A stretch of DNA of 64,000 nucleotides from the human T2T-CHM13v2.0 reference genome, Homo sapiens. Shown piece after piece: positions 31,136 through 47,434 of the stretch; position 1 is the first letter of the stretch; each line of letters opens with the position of its first letter. The DNA lies in the NCBI RefSeq assembly GCF_009914755.1, contig NC_060940.1; one strand, written 5' to 3'. Under the pieces are notes generated by a model, which was given only the letters and a program-made list of their open reading frames with translations, was not told the DNA's origin and did no database searches. A program made the position numbers and the translations under genes.

Positions 31136-32007
31136 TAACTTTTTTTTTTTTTAATCATAAGAACCATTTTATGGTTTAGGAAAAGAAACAAAAAACTAAG
31201 AAAAAACAAAACCCGAGCCTCATAGAGTTTCTGTCTCTTACCCAGCATTGCATAGCTAATAAGTCACAGATTTGGGTTTCAAACCAGGTGTGTCTGCCTC
31301 CAAACTACTTAATCACTATGCTATATTGCCTCTTTCCAAACACTAAGATAGTTTTGTGTTTCCTCAGAAAACCATGAGAAAGCAAAGAAAAATAAAAACT
31401 CTGCCCTTTCAGATCCTTGCAGCCAGCCAGGCTCTCCGGGTTTGGTTTGACAGGTTGTCTTCCCTTCAAAATGAAAAGAGAGGCACATGGACAGAAATAA
31501 AGGCCAGCTGTTCAGTGGAGCGAGATACCTGTGTGCACGCCAGCAGAGCCAGGCGATTATTTCAGGAGCCGCTGGAGTTGGCGGCTCCGTTCTCGCCTCC
31601 ATCCACCCTGGATGCGTAGGCCAGGGCTGACATTACCCAAATAAGGGAGAATCTCCCCAGATTGCATGTTTGTATACAGACTTAGGAAAATGTGAGAGAT
31701 TCTGGTTAGAACACACTGATACCATCATTAATCAACAACCAGGGAGAGAAATTGAAGGGATGAAAAGGTAGGTTCTTGTACAAGAAAAAGATTTGTGGGA
31801 AGAGATTAGAAATATTGAGAAACCAGAGAATATTTTTGCAAACGTTTTTCCATTCTTAAAGTTTCAAAAGTTAACCAATAAAGGCAGCCCCCAAAGAACT
31901 CATGTATTTATTCATTCATTTGAAAAATTACTTTCTGAATGCTTGCTGTGTAGGTGACTGAGATGTGAAGATAGAAACAACATTTTATGGAACAAACACT
32001 TAGATAA

Positions 32008-32469
<462 letters not shown>

Positions 32470-32587
32470 AGCCTTTGGGATTTGATCCCTGGTGGGTCTG
32501 GCTTCCACACTGTGCTGATAGCATACTACCTCACAGGGTCTTGGTCTTCAAGCTCGCATGTCAGTAGAGAAGAGAGAAAGAAATAAT

Positions 32588-32699
32588 CTTTTTTTTTTAA
32601 ATTTTATTATTATTATACTTTAAGTTTTAGGGTACATGTGCACAACGTGCAGGTTTGTTACATATGCATACATGTGCCATGTTGGTGTGCTGCACCCAT
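32588..32699 (-). mobile_element. Severely 5'-truncated L1PA (~110 bp of 3' end)
   Basis: tatactttaagttttagggtacatgtgcacaacgtgcagg...gctgcacccat; TSD gaaataatcttttttt / gaaatcatcttttttt. Confidence 0.9.
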
Positions 32700-33579
32700 G
32701 AAATCATCTTTTTTTAGAGTGTGAAGCCTGTTTTGATGGAGAGATCCGAGGAGAAAGAATTCAGTTCTACTTGAGGACTTCAGGGAGACTCTTAAATGCT
32801 TACATGCATTTGTTAGCCTGGTGGGCAAGTGGAGAAAAGGGCCCCTTAGGTGGAAGGAGTGGTTTGAGCAAATGCAGAGGCGGGAGACAGCCTAGGCTCC
32901 TCAGGAAAGTGCTGAGGCATGGAATGTGCAAAGGAGGACAGCAGGAGATAAAGCAAAAAAGGGTACCAGGTCAGAGGAAGGAGGTGCGCCTCTTCCAACT
33001 AGGCACTGCAGGGGTTGAGCGTCTGCCTTCTGCAATGCTGATGCACCAGTGGAAAAGCATCCGCTGCTTTGTAGATCTCTCCCAGCTGTGCTGTTGGAAA
33101 GGCACCCGGCAGCTGAGTGCAGGGCTGGCTGGGAGGGTAGGTAGCAGAGCTATTGAGAGAGGGCCCTTTAAAATCAGACCCCTCTGAGCTTGAATCTCAG
33201 CTCTCAGTTACCACCTGAGTGGTCTCAGGCAACTGACCAAACCTTCCAGAGCCTCAGCTGCCAAATGGGTTGCTGCAAGGGCTACATATAAAAAGTGGTT
33301 ATTACTAGATCTGGATGTCGATGTTCCACTTAAGAGGATGTTACTATACAGTAGGTGAAGGTAGACACATGGCAGTACTGCCCTGCCATGAACAGGGTTG
33401 TTTCTCCCATCTCACAGTGAAAAGGAATTTGTTTGCCCTGATTTATCCATGTTAACACACAGAGCTTCCTGAAAGACCAAATGCAAGGTGAAGTTGATGT
33501 GCAGTCAGCAGAGCCAATCAAATTGGCTGATGTGGGAAACCAGCTCACACTCTCCATCTCAATCAAGCGCTCTAATCCA

Positions 33580-33730
33580 GAGATGTTCCAGCTTTAAAGC
33601 ACACACAAATCACTGTGATCTTGTTAAAAGGCAGACTCTGACTCAATAGGACTGGGGAGGAGCCTGGGATTCTGCATTTCCCACCATCTCCCCATGCTGC
33701 TATTCCATTGACCGCCATTGGCATAGTCTG
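33580..33730. mobile_element. MER5A-like MITE
   Basis: gatcttgttaaaaggcagactctgactcaatagg...gcctgggattctgcattt. Confidence 0.7.
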
Positions 33731-34045
33731 GCCCCAATCCGCAAGATCACTTTCATCATCCTAAGACCTAAGTTATCGAGCCCAAGAGTGAAAATGCAAC
33801 CCAATGCCTCTCATTAATTGGCTTATTCTCTCATCCTTCCGTTAAATATTTTCTAAGCATCTACTATGTTCCAGGTCCTGGGAAAATACAGATATATACA
33901 ACATAGGCCCTGTACTCAATCAGCTTGCCCACCCTATGCACATGGAGAAGGAAAAGAGAAGGGGACTGGCCATTTGGGGGGTACTCACTTCACATATGAC
34001 ATCTCAGTGAATTCTCCCAACATTCTATGAAATTGCAACCATTCA

Positions 34046-34361
<316 letters not shown>

Positions 34362-37091
34362 AGCCATTGTTGGCATTGGGATTTGAAGCCACATCTTTTG
34401 ATTCTGAGATCACTGCCTCGTTTATACTTAACTGTAAGTTGTTGATTGTGTTCTCTTTTTATTTACTTTGAGCTTGGCTGTGTCTCTTTAGTTTTAGAGA
34501 GTGAACTTTTTTCCCTCATAAATTTAAATGCTGACATAAGGAGGAAAAATCCTGCTGTAATTGAACAAAAGGATGTTTACAACCTTCTTTGAGTCATAGA
34601 GCTCCTGGCACATGAAATTTATGACTGCAAGGAAAGGGGAAATAAAAAGAAGGGGGAAGACCAAGACAGATGTAACTGTGGAAATGGTGTGCTAATGTAT
34701 GGGTTGACATTCTGACACTTGCACATTCAGTTGGGTAACTTTTTGGAGGCCATTTCACCAGCTAATGAAGATTTACTTAATAAACTCTCAAACTTGCCAG
34801 AGCTAGACTCTTTAAAACAACCCTATAAATTACAAAGATGGTGGCATGTTCAAGAGACCTTGCAGTTGTTAAAGGATGGAATGCAGTTGCCAGAGTTACA
34901 AAGGTCATTGTCTAGGAATCTTGTGCCCGTCTCTGGAGGGCTGAGGGACCTTTCAAAGGACTGGCTCCGATGTGTGCACCCCATCCAGATAAATGCATAC
35001 AGATGTTCTTTGAACTTGATCAACTCGCTTCTCAGCATGAATGCAAAATTGATTGGGCCAAATCAGAGCTCGTGCCAGTGAAGGCTGGCTGCATACAGAA
35101 ATAAAATCAGCCACCTCCCATTTACTTAGAAGTCTCTGGCTTAAAATACATTGGAGGAAAATGTGCGCTTCACGTTAGAGCAGGAGCCAAATTGCACAGC
35201 GACAAAATTATTCCCATCATCATGACAGCCTCAGCCAATCGTTTCCTTTTTTAATGTGCTGAAAGGAGGCAAGTTGGCATCATTAAAAGTATTTTTTTCT
35301 CAAAAATACATCATGAAATATGGAGAAACTAGAAACAGAAGAAGGGGGCCCACGCATAAATCTAATTCTGAGACCGGACTATGGAGATTTTCTGTTCTGG
35401 TTGCACTACGAAGGTTCTAAGGAAAGAGGTTGTATTTTTTGCCTCCCGCCTCTCTTGATGGCCTGAGGTTGATGTGGATGTAGATTTTTTTTCCTTTAAT
35501 TCAGCTCCCGTTTTTCAAGCAGTGCCCCTTTCACTGAATGATTATCCCCAGTAACCTTTGATCTTCACTCTTCCTTGATGAAAAACTGCAACTATATCAT
35601 GTCTTTTTGATGTGGTCTTTCTTAAGTACTGAGTCAAGGTGATCATTGATCCTGCACGCCTTCATTTCCTCTTCCCAAATGAGTCCAGTGTTCCCTTCAC
35701 CCTTCCTTCTGTCTTTTATTACCTAACGAAGTTCTAGAAGCCAAGCCAGGATGCTCTGATGTGAAAACTGCCTAAAAGGGAAAGGTTAACCCTGAAGCCA
35801 GTGCTCAGCCAGCCTGTCTGAGAGATCCCTGTTCCTGAGCCATAAAGCGATGCTTCTTCATACCCATTTTTGTCCTTCAGCTTCTTTCTGTGGAGAAAAA
35901 AATTTTTTCTCTAATTCAGACCCAGCAAATTGGTGTGCTCCTAACTTAGTCTCAGAAATTCTGATTTCCAGATGTCTTATGCCCTTTAATATCTGTTTCA
36001 GATTACCAACCTCACCACTGAGAACTGAAAGCATGTGTTTCTTCTTCTGTGCTAAGTTGCATTTTGTTCTTTTTTCAAACCTCATCCTTAGAAATTAGAC
36101 TTTGCTGTCTTTGGTTGTTTCTAGTACACAACTGAGATTTCCTTTCCAGCACCGTGACTTAATATCCCTTTCTGGAATATTACTTACGGAGAGAAGGAGT
36201 AAATTCTTCAAGATTTTGAATATTCTATAAGACTATGTCCCCATTTTTACTTCAGAGGAAATCGGTCACCATTGATTTTAAGGATGAAAGTTGCACAGAT
36301 GAAGAGGGAGCATATTATTCAAATCAAAGCCCAGTAATTCAGGGATGATCAAAGGTTTCATCTCACATGTCAAGTCAAATAAATGGGTAGTGTTGTCTGG
36401 CACGCTGTGGTGAGAAAATTCTGAGGCTGGGTTCAGACAGGATGAGAAAATGTGGTGAAAAAGTTCAGTAATGTCCGCCATGGGTGATACGTTAGGACAT
36501 CTATTCACTTTTTAAAATGCTAACTCTTGCATAAGAAAATCCACAGTTTTTCTGATATACCTACCAGATATATTTTAAAGAAGTTTCAAGAAAAAGTCAA
36601 AATTTCCAGGGCAAACTATCAAGTAGTCTTCCCCTAAAGCAGACACTTCTGTCAAAAGGTTTTATTACACACGCCAACTCTGATTGATAAATGATTGTCA
36701 GGACGGCTGGGTTAATCTCCATAACTGATTAGTAATGTCTACCACAGATGAAGGCATGGACGTGGTGCTACATGTACCCAGTATTTTCTCTCCTGGTTTA
36801 GCTCAATATGCCATTTACTCTGTCTTAGGAAACTAATAAAGCAATGAAGTTTTTGAAGGCATCCCACAGAGTCAGGGCATGGGTTAATCTCTCCTCTGTT
36901 AGAGGAGAAGCAGAAATAAACTGAATCAAGCAAAATGTTAACAACCCTGCACCCAAGATTTAGAACACATACTTTCTCCCATCGCATATGGAATATTTAC
37001 AAAATTTGACCATATATTGGCCATAAAGCAAGTATCAATAGAATTTGGGCCACATTCTAAAACCATATAGGAAAATAAAAGTAAAACCCCT

Positions 37092-37476
37092 TCTATGGTT
37101 TGAATGTTTGGGTCCCCTCTAAAATTCATAAGTTGAAACGTAATCCCCAATGTGATCATGTTGGGAGGTGAGGCCTTTAGGAAATAATTAAGTCATGAGA
37201 GCAGAGCCCTGATGAGTGGATTAAAGCCATAATAAAAGGCCAAGTTCAGCCCCCTTTGCCTCTGCGCTCTTCTGCCACATGAGGAATAATATTTTCCCCC
37301 TCCAGAGAATGCAGGATTTCAGGTGTCATCTTGAGCAGAAAGACCAGACACCAAACTTGCCAGCGCCTTGATCCTGGACTTCCCAGCCTCCAGAACTGTG
37401 AGAAGTAAGTCTCTGTTCTTTACGAATTACACAGTCTCAGGTATTCTGTTATGGCAGCACAAAATGAACTAAGACA
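37092..37476 (+). mobile_element. MST/MLT1A-type ERVL-MaLR solo LTR
   Basis: tatggtttgaatgtttgggtcccctctaaaattcat...ttctgttatggcagcacaaaatgaactaagaca. Confidence 0.85.
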
Positions 37477-37719
37477 ACTCCTTTTAAACAATTTGATAGC
37501 TATGTGAAAAACTCACTATATATTTGCAGTTTTAAAAACATGCTTCTGAATAATTCATATACTATCTGACATAATTTATTTGTGCGTTTTTTGCCTTTCC
37601 TCATATGAATGCAAGCTTCATGAAGTCGAGGAGCTATGTTCATTGTACTACCCACAGCATATATACAGATCTAACCTTGTTTCAGTAGGGGCATGCTGAA
37701 TAAATGAATGAATGAATGT

Positions 37720-39290
37720 CAACACTTAAGATATTCTATTTATGAAGTACTTGAAGGGAAATGTGTAACCTTAAGTAGATATATTAGCCAGGAATAAAGA
37801 TACAATATGATTTAAACATTTACCTTGGGATATTAAAAAATAAACAGTAAATTGAAAAAAAGAAGAGTCTTTTAAATGAGCACAGTTTAGTGGAACGTAA
37901 ATAACAGGAATAAGAAGAGAACAAAACAATTATCAGGGCCATTTGGTATTTTTTTGGCAAAATCTATAAATTTTCAAGGAACAAATAATCCTATTTCTTA
38001 TAAAACATTTTTAAAAGAATAGAAAAAGAAGAATGGAGGAGTTGATTTTGTAATAAAATATAGCCTTTATATCAAAGACAGGCAAGAAAAGTTATGTCAA
38101 TCTCATTTATAGATTTATGTGCAAAAGTTTTAAACAAAATATTGGTAAACAAAAATCTAGCAGTGTGAATAGAAACAAACAGATAACCATAACCAAATAG
38201 AGTTTGTTCTAGGAATGTACAGACAGTATAACATTAGAAAATCTATTAATGTAAGTTATTATGTACCAGATTCAAGTTGAAAAATAACCATCTTCATGTA
38301 GACAGAAAAAACATTCAGTAAAATTTCACATTCATTCATGTGTTAAAAGAAAAATGTTAGCAAACTAGGAATAGTAGGAGAAATTCTTAACATTTGAAGC
38401 AAATTTGCACTTGATATGACTGTCTATATGTGAAAATCAAGACTATCTAGGGCAAACTATCATTTTTTAAAAAAAACATTATGAATACAAAGTCAAATAA
38501 AATTAGCATATTTGAACACTATCAACAATAAGTTAGAAAACATCATTTTAATGTCTTATTCATAATAGCAAACAGAAAACAAGCTTTTATAGGATAAATG
38601 TATTGAAAGACCTGTCGTTATAGGGACAAATATAACATTTAATTAAAGGATAGAAATGAAGATCATTTGGAGAGGAACACCAGGTTCATGGAAAAAAGCA
38701 CTATGATAAAGATGGAAATGCTCCAGATTGATCTATACAACCAATACTTCAATCAAAATTCAAGCAGATCATTTTTCATAACACTTGACAAGCAGACCCG
38801 AAAATTCACAAAGACATGTTGAAGCCAAGAACAGCCAAAACAATTTTGAATAAGAAGAACAAAGATGAAACACCTGTAAGATGTTAAGACTGGTTATAAA
38901 ACTTAAATAAAAGAGTGTGGATCTGGTGTTGAGAGAGACTATTAGAACAATGTTAAAAATATCCACGAAAACAATCCAGAATAAAGATGATGTTTGCAGT
39001 AAACAAAACTGAATATACAACAAATTCCTAAAGTCAGTAAGAAAAAAGACAAAACTGAGTAGAAAAATGGGCAACGCTTGTGAATAGCAATTCATACCTG
39101 AAGGAACACAAATCTTCCATAAACATTTTGAAAAGGTGCTTAGGGAAATGCAGTTTTTAAAATCATCTCATAGCCATTGAATCATCAAAGTTTCTTCATA
39201 AGGATGTGGAAAATTCATGTTTTGATACAGCTGGTGGGAGTAGAAATTTATACAACCATTTTGTAAAGGAATGTGGAGTTATCTGCTTTG
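37720..39290 (+). mobile_element. Ancient L1M ORF2 remnants
   Basis: A-rich sequence colinear with L1 ORF2 (gcaaaagttttaaacaaaatattggtaaac, gcaaactaggaatag, agaacagccaaaacaattttg). Confidence 0.7.
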
Positions 39291-39879
39291 TTACGTTGGT
39301 TCTAAGACGTTCCTCCTCCACCTCCACACGTACTGTCCCCCACTGCCACATTTTAACATTGCCTAAATCCAAATCCATCTTACAGTTGCTGCTTTCTTAA
39401 TATTTTAAACAACATTTTGGGTGCAACTTACATTAGATGGCCTGTTAGGTTTCATAAAATAGGTAGTAAATTTGAAGATGTTCACCCTTTTGGATCCAGC
39501 CATTTGATTCCTAGATGGGTTTCTAGAAAAACTCACATCTATACACAAAGACATATACAATGCTATTCATTGTAAAATTTGATTTTCTTTTAAAAGTTTT
39601 GCTCTAAGAAGCTAAAAAATTGGTTTCTTTCATGCTTATTTCAGTAAGAATACTGTTGCCTACACACAGAGAAAAATGTATTACTTCCCATAAGAGGTCG
39701 AGAAGAGTTGTTTAATTTCCTGACTCAATAATGATCTCAAGATCTCAGATTTATCCTATTTCTCTGCTTTGCCACAGTTGGCTTTTAGACCCATTTATTT
39801 ATATTTGCTCACTTCCTGATCACAACTTCCCTACCTTAACAAGTGCAGGGGCTTCAAATGATCTCATTATTGCTGCTAT

Positions 39880-40230
39880 TGTTTTATTTTAATTTTGAAA
39901 TAATTGTAGGTTCCCAGGAAGTTGCAAAGATAGTACAAAGAGGTCTTGTATACCAATCACCCAGTTTCTCTCAATGGTTGCACCTTCCACAACTTTGAAA
40001 CAATGTCAGAACCAGGAAACTGACATTGCTACAATGTGCATGTATATAATTTTAGGTCATTTGATCACATGTTCAGATTCATGAAACTGCCACCACAATT
40101 ATTTAAAACCAAGATGGGGAGCTATTCCAGCACCACGGAGATTTCTCTCATGGCATCCCTGTACAGTCTCAATCATCTCCCTAATTCCGAACATCACCTA
40201 ATTCCTGGAATTTTTGTTTTCCATCTCTAA
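39880..40230 (-). mobile_element. L1MC/MD-like 3' fragment
   Basis: ttttgaaataattgtaggttcccaggaagttgcaaagatagtaca...cacccagtttc. Confidence 0.65.
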
Positions 40231-41272
40231 CATTACATTTGATAGTAAGACATAGCAACTTACTTTGCAAAGCAGCAAAAAATAAGATGGATGGATGGAT
40301 AAATGGACAAAAGGATGGAGATATATGGAGTAATAAGGCACATATAGCAAAATGTTAAAGAATCTGGGTTGAGGGTATATGGTTGTTCAGTGTACAACTC
40401 TTGACATTTGTCTATATACTTGCAAATTTTCATCAATATAATATGGGAACCAAATTGATCTAAATGTCCACCAGTAGGGAAATGAATAAGTAAATTATAG
40501 TATACACTGTAAGTATACTATATGTCTATAACAGATGATTCTATAGCATTTAACAAGAAGGAACTAGATCTTCATTTAACAATATGGCTAAATATCAAAA
40601 ACAGTATACTGAGTAATGAAAAGGTATGTTTCAGAATAATGTACATGGTGCAACTGAAGCTAACACCTACAAAATATCAGAAAGGTAACCACCCCTTTGA
40701 AGTTTTTGTTACTTGTTTTCATAAATGATTATACAACAACATCATGGGTGACACCTGGATATTGTCGAGAACATGGGTGCATGCTATATTCTTTTTACTT
40801 TTCATATTTGAGATGCATTACTATTAATGAAAATTTAAATCAAAAAAGAAACGCCACATAGGTCCACATACGGTGGAAGATACTGGCTCAAAATTAGACT
40901 TCAGAGAAGTGTGAGTCACCTTCTACACATTCCTTTTATAGTCGCTCAAATTATGGGACACATTTGCCAATTACTTTACTTTAAAGAACAAGGTACTTTG
41001 GGAGAAAACACATTATTCTGAAACGACCTCAATCAATGCTAGCTTTGGATGTTTATAGAGGTCCCACGACAGAATCAGTAAACAAAGAAGCAGGTAAATT
41101 TAACACATTTAGTAATTATTCCTGGGAGTATGGCCTTACCACTGCAAGTGTTGGTTACCATGATAAATGAAACCTGTAAAGCTACTTGAAAATGAAACAG
41201 ACTAAGAGCTTGTATTTTGTAGTCAATAAGCAGATGTACACAGAACAGATGTTTTTTTAAAAAGCTGTTCAT

Positions 41273-42037
41273 CATATGAAAAAAAGCTCATCATCACTGG
41301 TCATTAGAGAAATGCAAATCAAAACCACAATGAAATACCACCTCATGCCAGTTAGAATGGTGATCATTAAAAAGTCAGAAAACAACAGATGCTGGAGAGG
41401 ATGTGGAGAAATAGGAATGCTTTTACACAGTTGGTGGGAGTGTAAATTAGTTCAACCATTGTGGAAGACAGTGTGGCTATTCCTCAAAGATCTAGAACCA
41501 GTAATACCATTTGCCCCAGCAATCCCATTACTGGGTATATGCCCAAATGATTATAAATCATTCTACTATAAAGGCACATGCACACATATGTTTACTGCAG
41601 CACTGTTCACAATAGCAAAGACTTGGAACCAACCCAAATGCCCATCAATGATAGACTGGAAAAAGAAAATGTGGCACATATACACCATGAAATACTATGC
41701 AGCCATAAAAAAGGATGAGTTCATGTCCTTTTCAGGGACATGGATGAAGCTGGAAACCATCATTCTCAGCAAACTAACACAGGAACAGAAAACCAAATAC
41801 CACATATTCTCACTCGTAAGTGAGAGTTGAACAATGAGAACACATGGACACAAGGAGGGGAATATCATACACCAGGGCCTGTCAGGGGGTGGGGGGCTAG
41901 AGGAGGGATAACATTAGGAGAAATACGTAATGTAGATGACGTGTTGATGGGTGCAGCAAACCACCATGGCACGTGTATACCTATATAACAAACCTGCACT
42001 TTCTGCACATGTATCCCAGAACTTAAATAATTTTAAA
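41273..42037 (+). mobile_element. 5'-truncated L1PA7/8-like element (ORF2 C-terminus + 3'UTR)
   Basis: 184-aa ORF 41276-41830 is the ORF2p C-terminus; TSD aaaaagctgttcat at 41259-41272 and 42038-42051. Confidence 0.93.
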
Positions 42038-42221
42038 AAAAAGCTGTTCATACTTTTCTTATCACAAAATTTAAGATAATGTTTCCTCCAGAGAAAAGAA
42101 TGAGTTTTGATCTTTTGAGGACCTGGAAATATGCTATTTCTTTTTCTGGGTGGTTATGACAGTTGTGTTTGCTTTATAATTATACATTGAGCCATTCACA
42201 TGTGTTGTGGATATCTTTGTA

Positions 42222-42528
42222 TTTTATTATTATTATTATTATTATTGAGTCGGAGTCTCACTCTGTGACCTAGGCTGGGGTGCAGTGGCACGATCTCAGC
42301 TCACTGAAACCTCTGCCTCCTGGGTTCAAACAATTTTCATGCCTCAGTCACCAAGTAGCTGGGACTAGAGTTGTGTGCCACCATGCACAGCTAATTTTTG
42401 TATTTTTAGTAGAGACGGGGTTTCATCATGTTGGCCAGGCTGGTCTTGAACTCCTGACCTCAAGTGCTCCACCTGCCTCAGCCTCCCCAAAGTGCTGGGA
42501 TTACAGGCATGAGCCACCATGCCCAGCT
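42222..42528 (-). mobile_element. AluS with (TTA)n tail
   Basis: Antisense dimer. Confidence 0.9.
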
Positions 42529-43532
42529 ATTTCGTTATGTTTTACAATAAAAGAAAAGGTGTCCTAAAGTTGTGCAAATTAGTACTTGCGGGTTGGAATA
42601 CAATTTCTTGTGAACTCAAAAATTGCTAGATCTCATGTACTTCGGATGAAAGTGAAATTAGCATGCTCAGGAAAATTGTGGGAGGAATTGTACCAATGTC
42701 AGTTTCCTGGTTTTGAGTCAGGAAAATGACTCAAAAGTGTCCCCCTGTTATGCCAGAGAAAATCATATAGAAAATGCATGGAAAAATTTGAATGATTTAC
42801 TGAAATGCAAGAAAAGAAGCCTTATATATACATTATAATTCTGTATATAATTTCAAATGTATGTGTAACTAAACAACAAACTTACTATGATCACTAGATA
42901 TGAAGCAATGTTATCAATGTCTCACAACTGTAAAAATGTACATTGGTTAAAAATTTTTAAAGGGTGAAGAATCTTCTAGTAGAGAAAATGATGATCACCA
43001 TGCATTTGGGGCCACCTTATTTGTGGACATACACAGCTTTCCACAATTATGATAGCTAACACAGGATTTTTCTCTTTTAGATTGTGTATTGCAAAGACTT
43101 GTAAAAAAAAAAAAAGTCATATCTTGAAAGATCTTTACAAATCACGTTTTTCCTTTTCTCCCAGGTAGAGCAAGAAAAGGAGGGGAGAGTTTGATCCTCC
43201 TGAAGGAAAGATTGCCTCCCTAAAAACTTGGAGATAAAGAAAAATAATGGAGTTGTCAAAAAGATTTCACTCTCCCCATGGTCCTGATAGATATTTGTCA
43301 ACTCTTGTCAGAATGGCTTGTCATTCTAATGCTTTGCTCTTCCCTGAAAAACAAGAAGCTACCAGCACGAAGGCAGAAGAGCAATGACTAAGACAGAATC
43401 TGCACATTCCTAAATCATTATGCAGGAGGGTGATATGCCAAGATAAATCAGGGTTGAATGGGAAAGAGCTAATGTTTGGTGAGGAAATATTTATTATGGG
43501 TCACTATTGCATCATTTCAGAATAATGAGGCA

Positions 43533-43880
43533 AGGACAGGGAGAGGGGATAAGTAAATTCATGTGATGGAAAATGAAATTTTAAAAACATATTTACAATT
43601 CATGGAAGGCCAAAATATTTTAAATCCTGGGACAGTTAGAAACTTCCTTATTTCACACAATGCCTTTGAAAACCAATAAGAACAACAACAAAAAAATCAA
43701 GGGGTCCACAAAACAATTTTTAGACAGAAGTGTTGTTTATTTGATAGTACTAAACAAATATAAATTGAGCATCCTGAGAGCATATTTGCATAGCCTATTG
43801 TTAGGCTACCCTTTGGTGATATCCAGAAAAAAGTTCTTTCTGGTATTGATTACATGAAACTGGCACCTTCCTATAGGACA
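43533..43880 (+). repeat. Copy 1 of a ~345-bp local direct duplication
   Basis: Colinear with 44811-45154; shared run gataagtaaattcatgtgatggaaaatgaaattttaaaaacatatttacaat. Confidence 0.93.
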
Positions 43881-44399
43881 ACCAATCACAAGGTGTGAAA
43901 GTGATGTAAAATCTTTTTGACGCACCTGCAAGGTTCACCGTGGGTGTTTGTGGAAACTCCTTGTCAAAACTCTGTTTTACATGCTATTAGTATACATAGT
44001 CAAACACAACACTGAAAGAATCATGGGTGGCCCAGATCTAGGAGACACATCTGACAGTAGGGAGCTTGGGACTTCAAAAAGTCAAAAGACTAGATTGATA
44101 GGAGGCAGTGCTTAATGCATAGTAGGCAGTCCATAAATACTTGTTGAATGAATGAAGTAGACTAGATGGAGGTCTAGGAGTGGGCCACTTAAGGTCATAG
44201 ATACATATGAAACCAAGTATGCAGGGACTCAACTGGCTTCTGGGGATTGGAAAAATTCCAGGGGTCTTTCCACTCACTCCAGAGAAGGGGAAGAAGACTA
44301 GCTCAGCAAAAACAATGATGCAATTAATCTATGACTAGTACTAAGGGGTGGAGTTTTCCAATATAAGCATTTTATCTCTTGGATTAAAAACACTGAATG

Positions 44400-45560
<1,161 letters not shown>

Positions 45561-45622
45561 GTCATTTACAAGCCTACATGATGTTGTTCCACCAAGCTCT
45601 CTATCCTCTGTCCCCAAGGTCT

Positions 45623-45758
45623 TATATTAGCCAAGGTTCTCCAGAAAAGCAGAACCAGTAAGTTACGTCTATCTTTCTTTCTTTCTTTTTCTTTCTTTCT
45701 TTCCTTCTTTCTTTCTTTCATTCTTTCTTTCTTTTCTTTCTTTCCTTCCTTTCTTCTT

Positions 45759-45804
<46 letters not shown>

Positions 45805-46177
45805 GTGGGAGATTTACAATAAGGAACTGGCACACATGATTATAGAGGTTGAGAAGTTCCACAATCTGCCACTGGGAAGCTAGAGACCCCAGAGAGCTGG
45901 TGGTGTAAGTTCCAGTTCAGGCACAGGAGAAGACAGATATCGCAGCTCAAAAACAGGCAGAGAGAGAGAATTCTTTTTCTTCCTTTTTGTCCTATTCAGG
46001 CCTCCAACTGATTGGATAGGGCCCATCCACAATGGGCAGGGCTTTATCTAATTTACTCAGTCTACCAATTGCAATGTTAATCTCATCCAGAAACACCTTC
46101 ATAGACATAGAATATCTAGCTACATATCTGGGTACCCCATGGCACAGTCAAGGTCACACATAAAATTAACCTTCACA
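45623..46177 (-). mobile_element. MLT2 (ERVL) LTR with internal (TTTC)n/(TC)n
   Basis: tattagccaaggttctccagaaaagcagaacc ... cacataaaattaaccttcaca. Confidence 0.85.
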
Positions 46178-46435
46178 CTCTCATTAGTTTCTGCACTCAA
46201 GCCACAAAGATTCTGTGCCTGGAGTATGAATGCATAGATTGAGCTCGCTCAAGACAAAAGAAGGTAATGCTAGCCAGGAGAGTTTAGATGCTGAATTCTG
46301 AAAATAACGTCATAAAAAGGCTACAGTGACCTCATTCCAAAGAAGTTAGTTTTTGATTCTTTGTTTATTTGTTTATTTACTTTTTTCTTCAGTGAGTCTT
46401 GTCCTTTAAAGCACAGGCTACAGACTGGCTTTTTA

Positions 46436-47053
<618 letters not shown>

Positions 47054-47065
<12 letters not shown>

Positions 47066-47434
47066 ATTCTAAAACCATAGGTATCTAAAGCTAAAAGGAA
47101 GCACCTCCTTTATCTAAGACCTTCCAACGGGCACCTCAAGGACCCAGATGCTCCAAACTTCCTGAAGTTCACACAGGGATTTGGTGAGAGAGCCTGGCAT
47201 AGACCAGGATTTTTTCTGCCCTAGACCAATGCACATTCCACGTGTTTCATGCAAAACTTCATGTATCTGTGAGCAGGGTCCAAGTCTGTGCATCTCATTA
47301 ACCCACATCCCCACAAAGGTGACGCTTTGGAAAGGAAGTAAATTATCTACGTGGTCAAATTACACACCTTTGTAATCCTTCAGAAGAGATATGTTGTCTT
47401 GCTCTCTGAATGGTGAGACAAGGAACAGTCAGAG
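47054..47434 (+). repeat. Left arm of a ~380-bp inverted duplication
   Basis: Reverse complement of 48073-48452; e.g. gttcacacagggatttggtgagagagcctggcat vs atgccaggctctctcaccaaatccctgtgtgaac. Confidence 0.95.

Noticed and set aside
41276-41830. Intact 184-aa ORF
   Set aside because: C-terminal L1 ORF2 piece in a 5'-truncated copy with no promoter; no sign of domestication.
43145-43170. Strong plus-strand acceptor tttttccttttctcccag|G (similar ones at ~3365 and ~58893)
   Set aside because: No convincing paired donor or coding frame; isolated acceptors are common.
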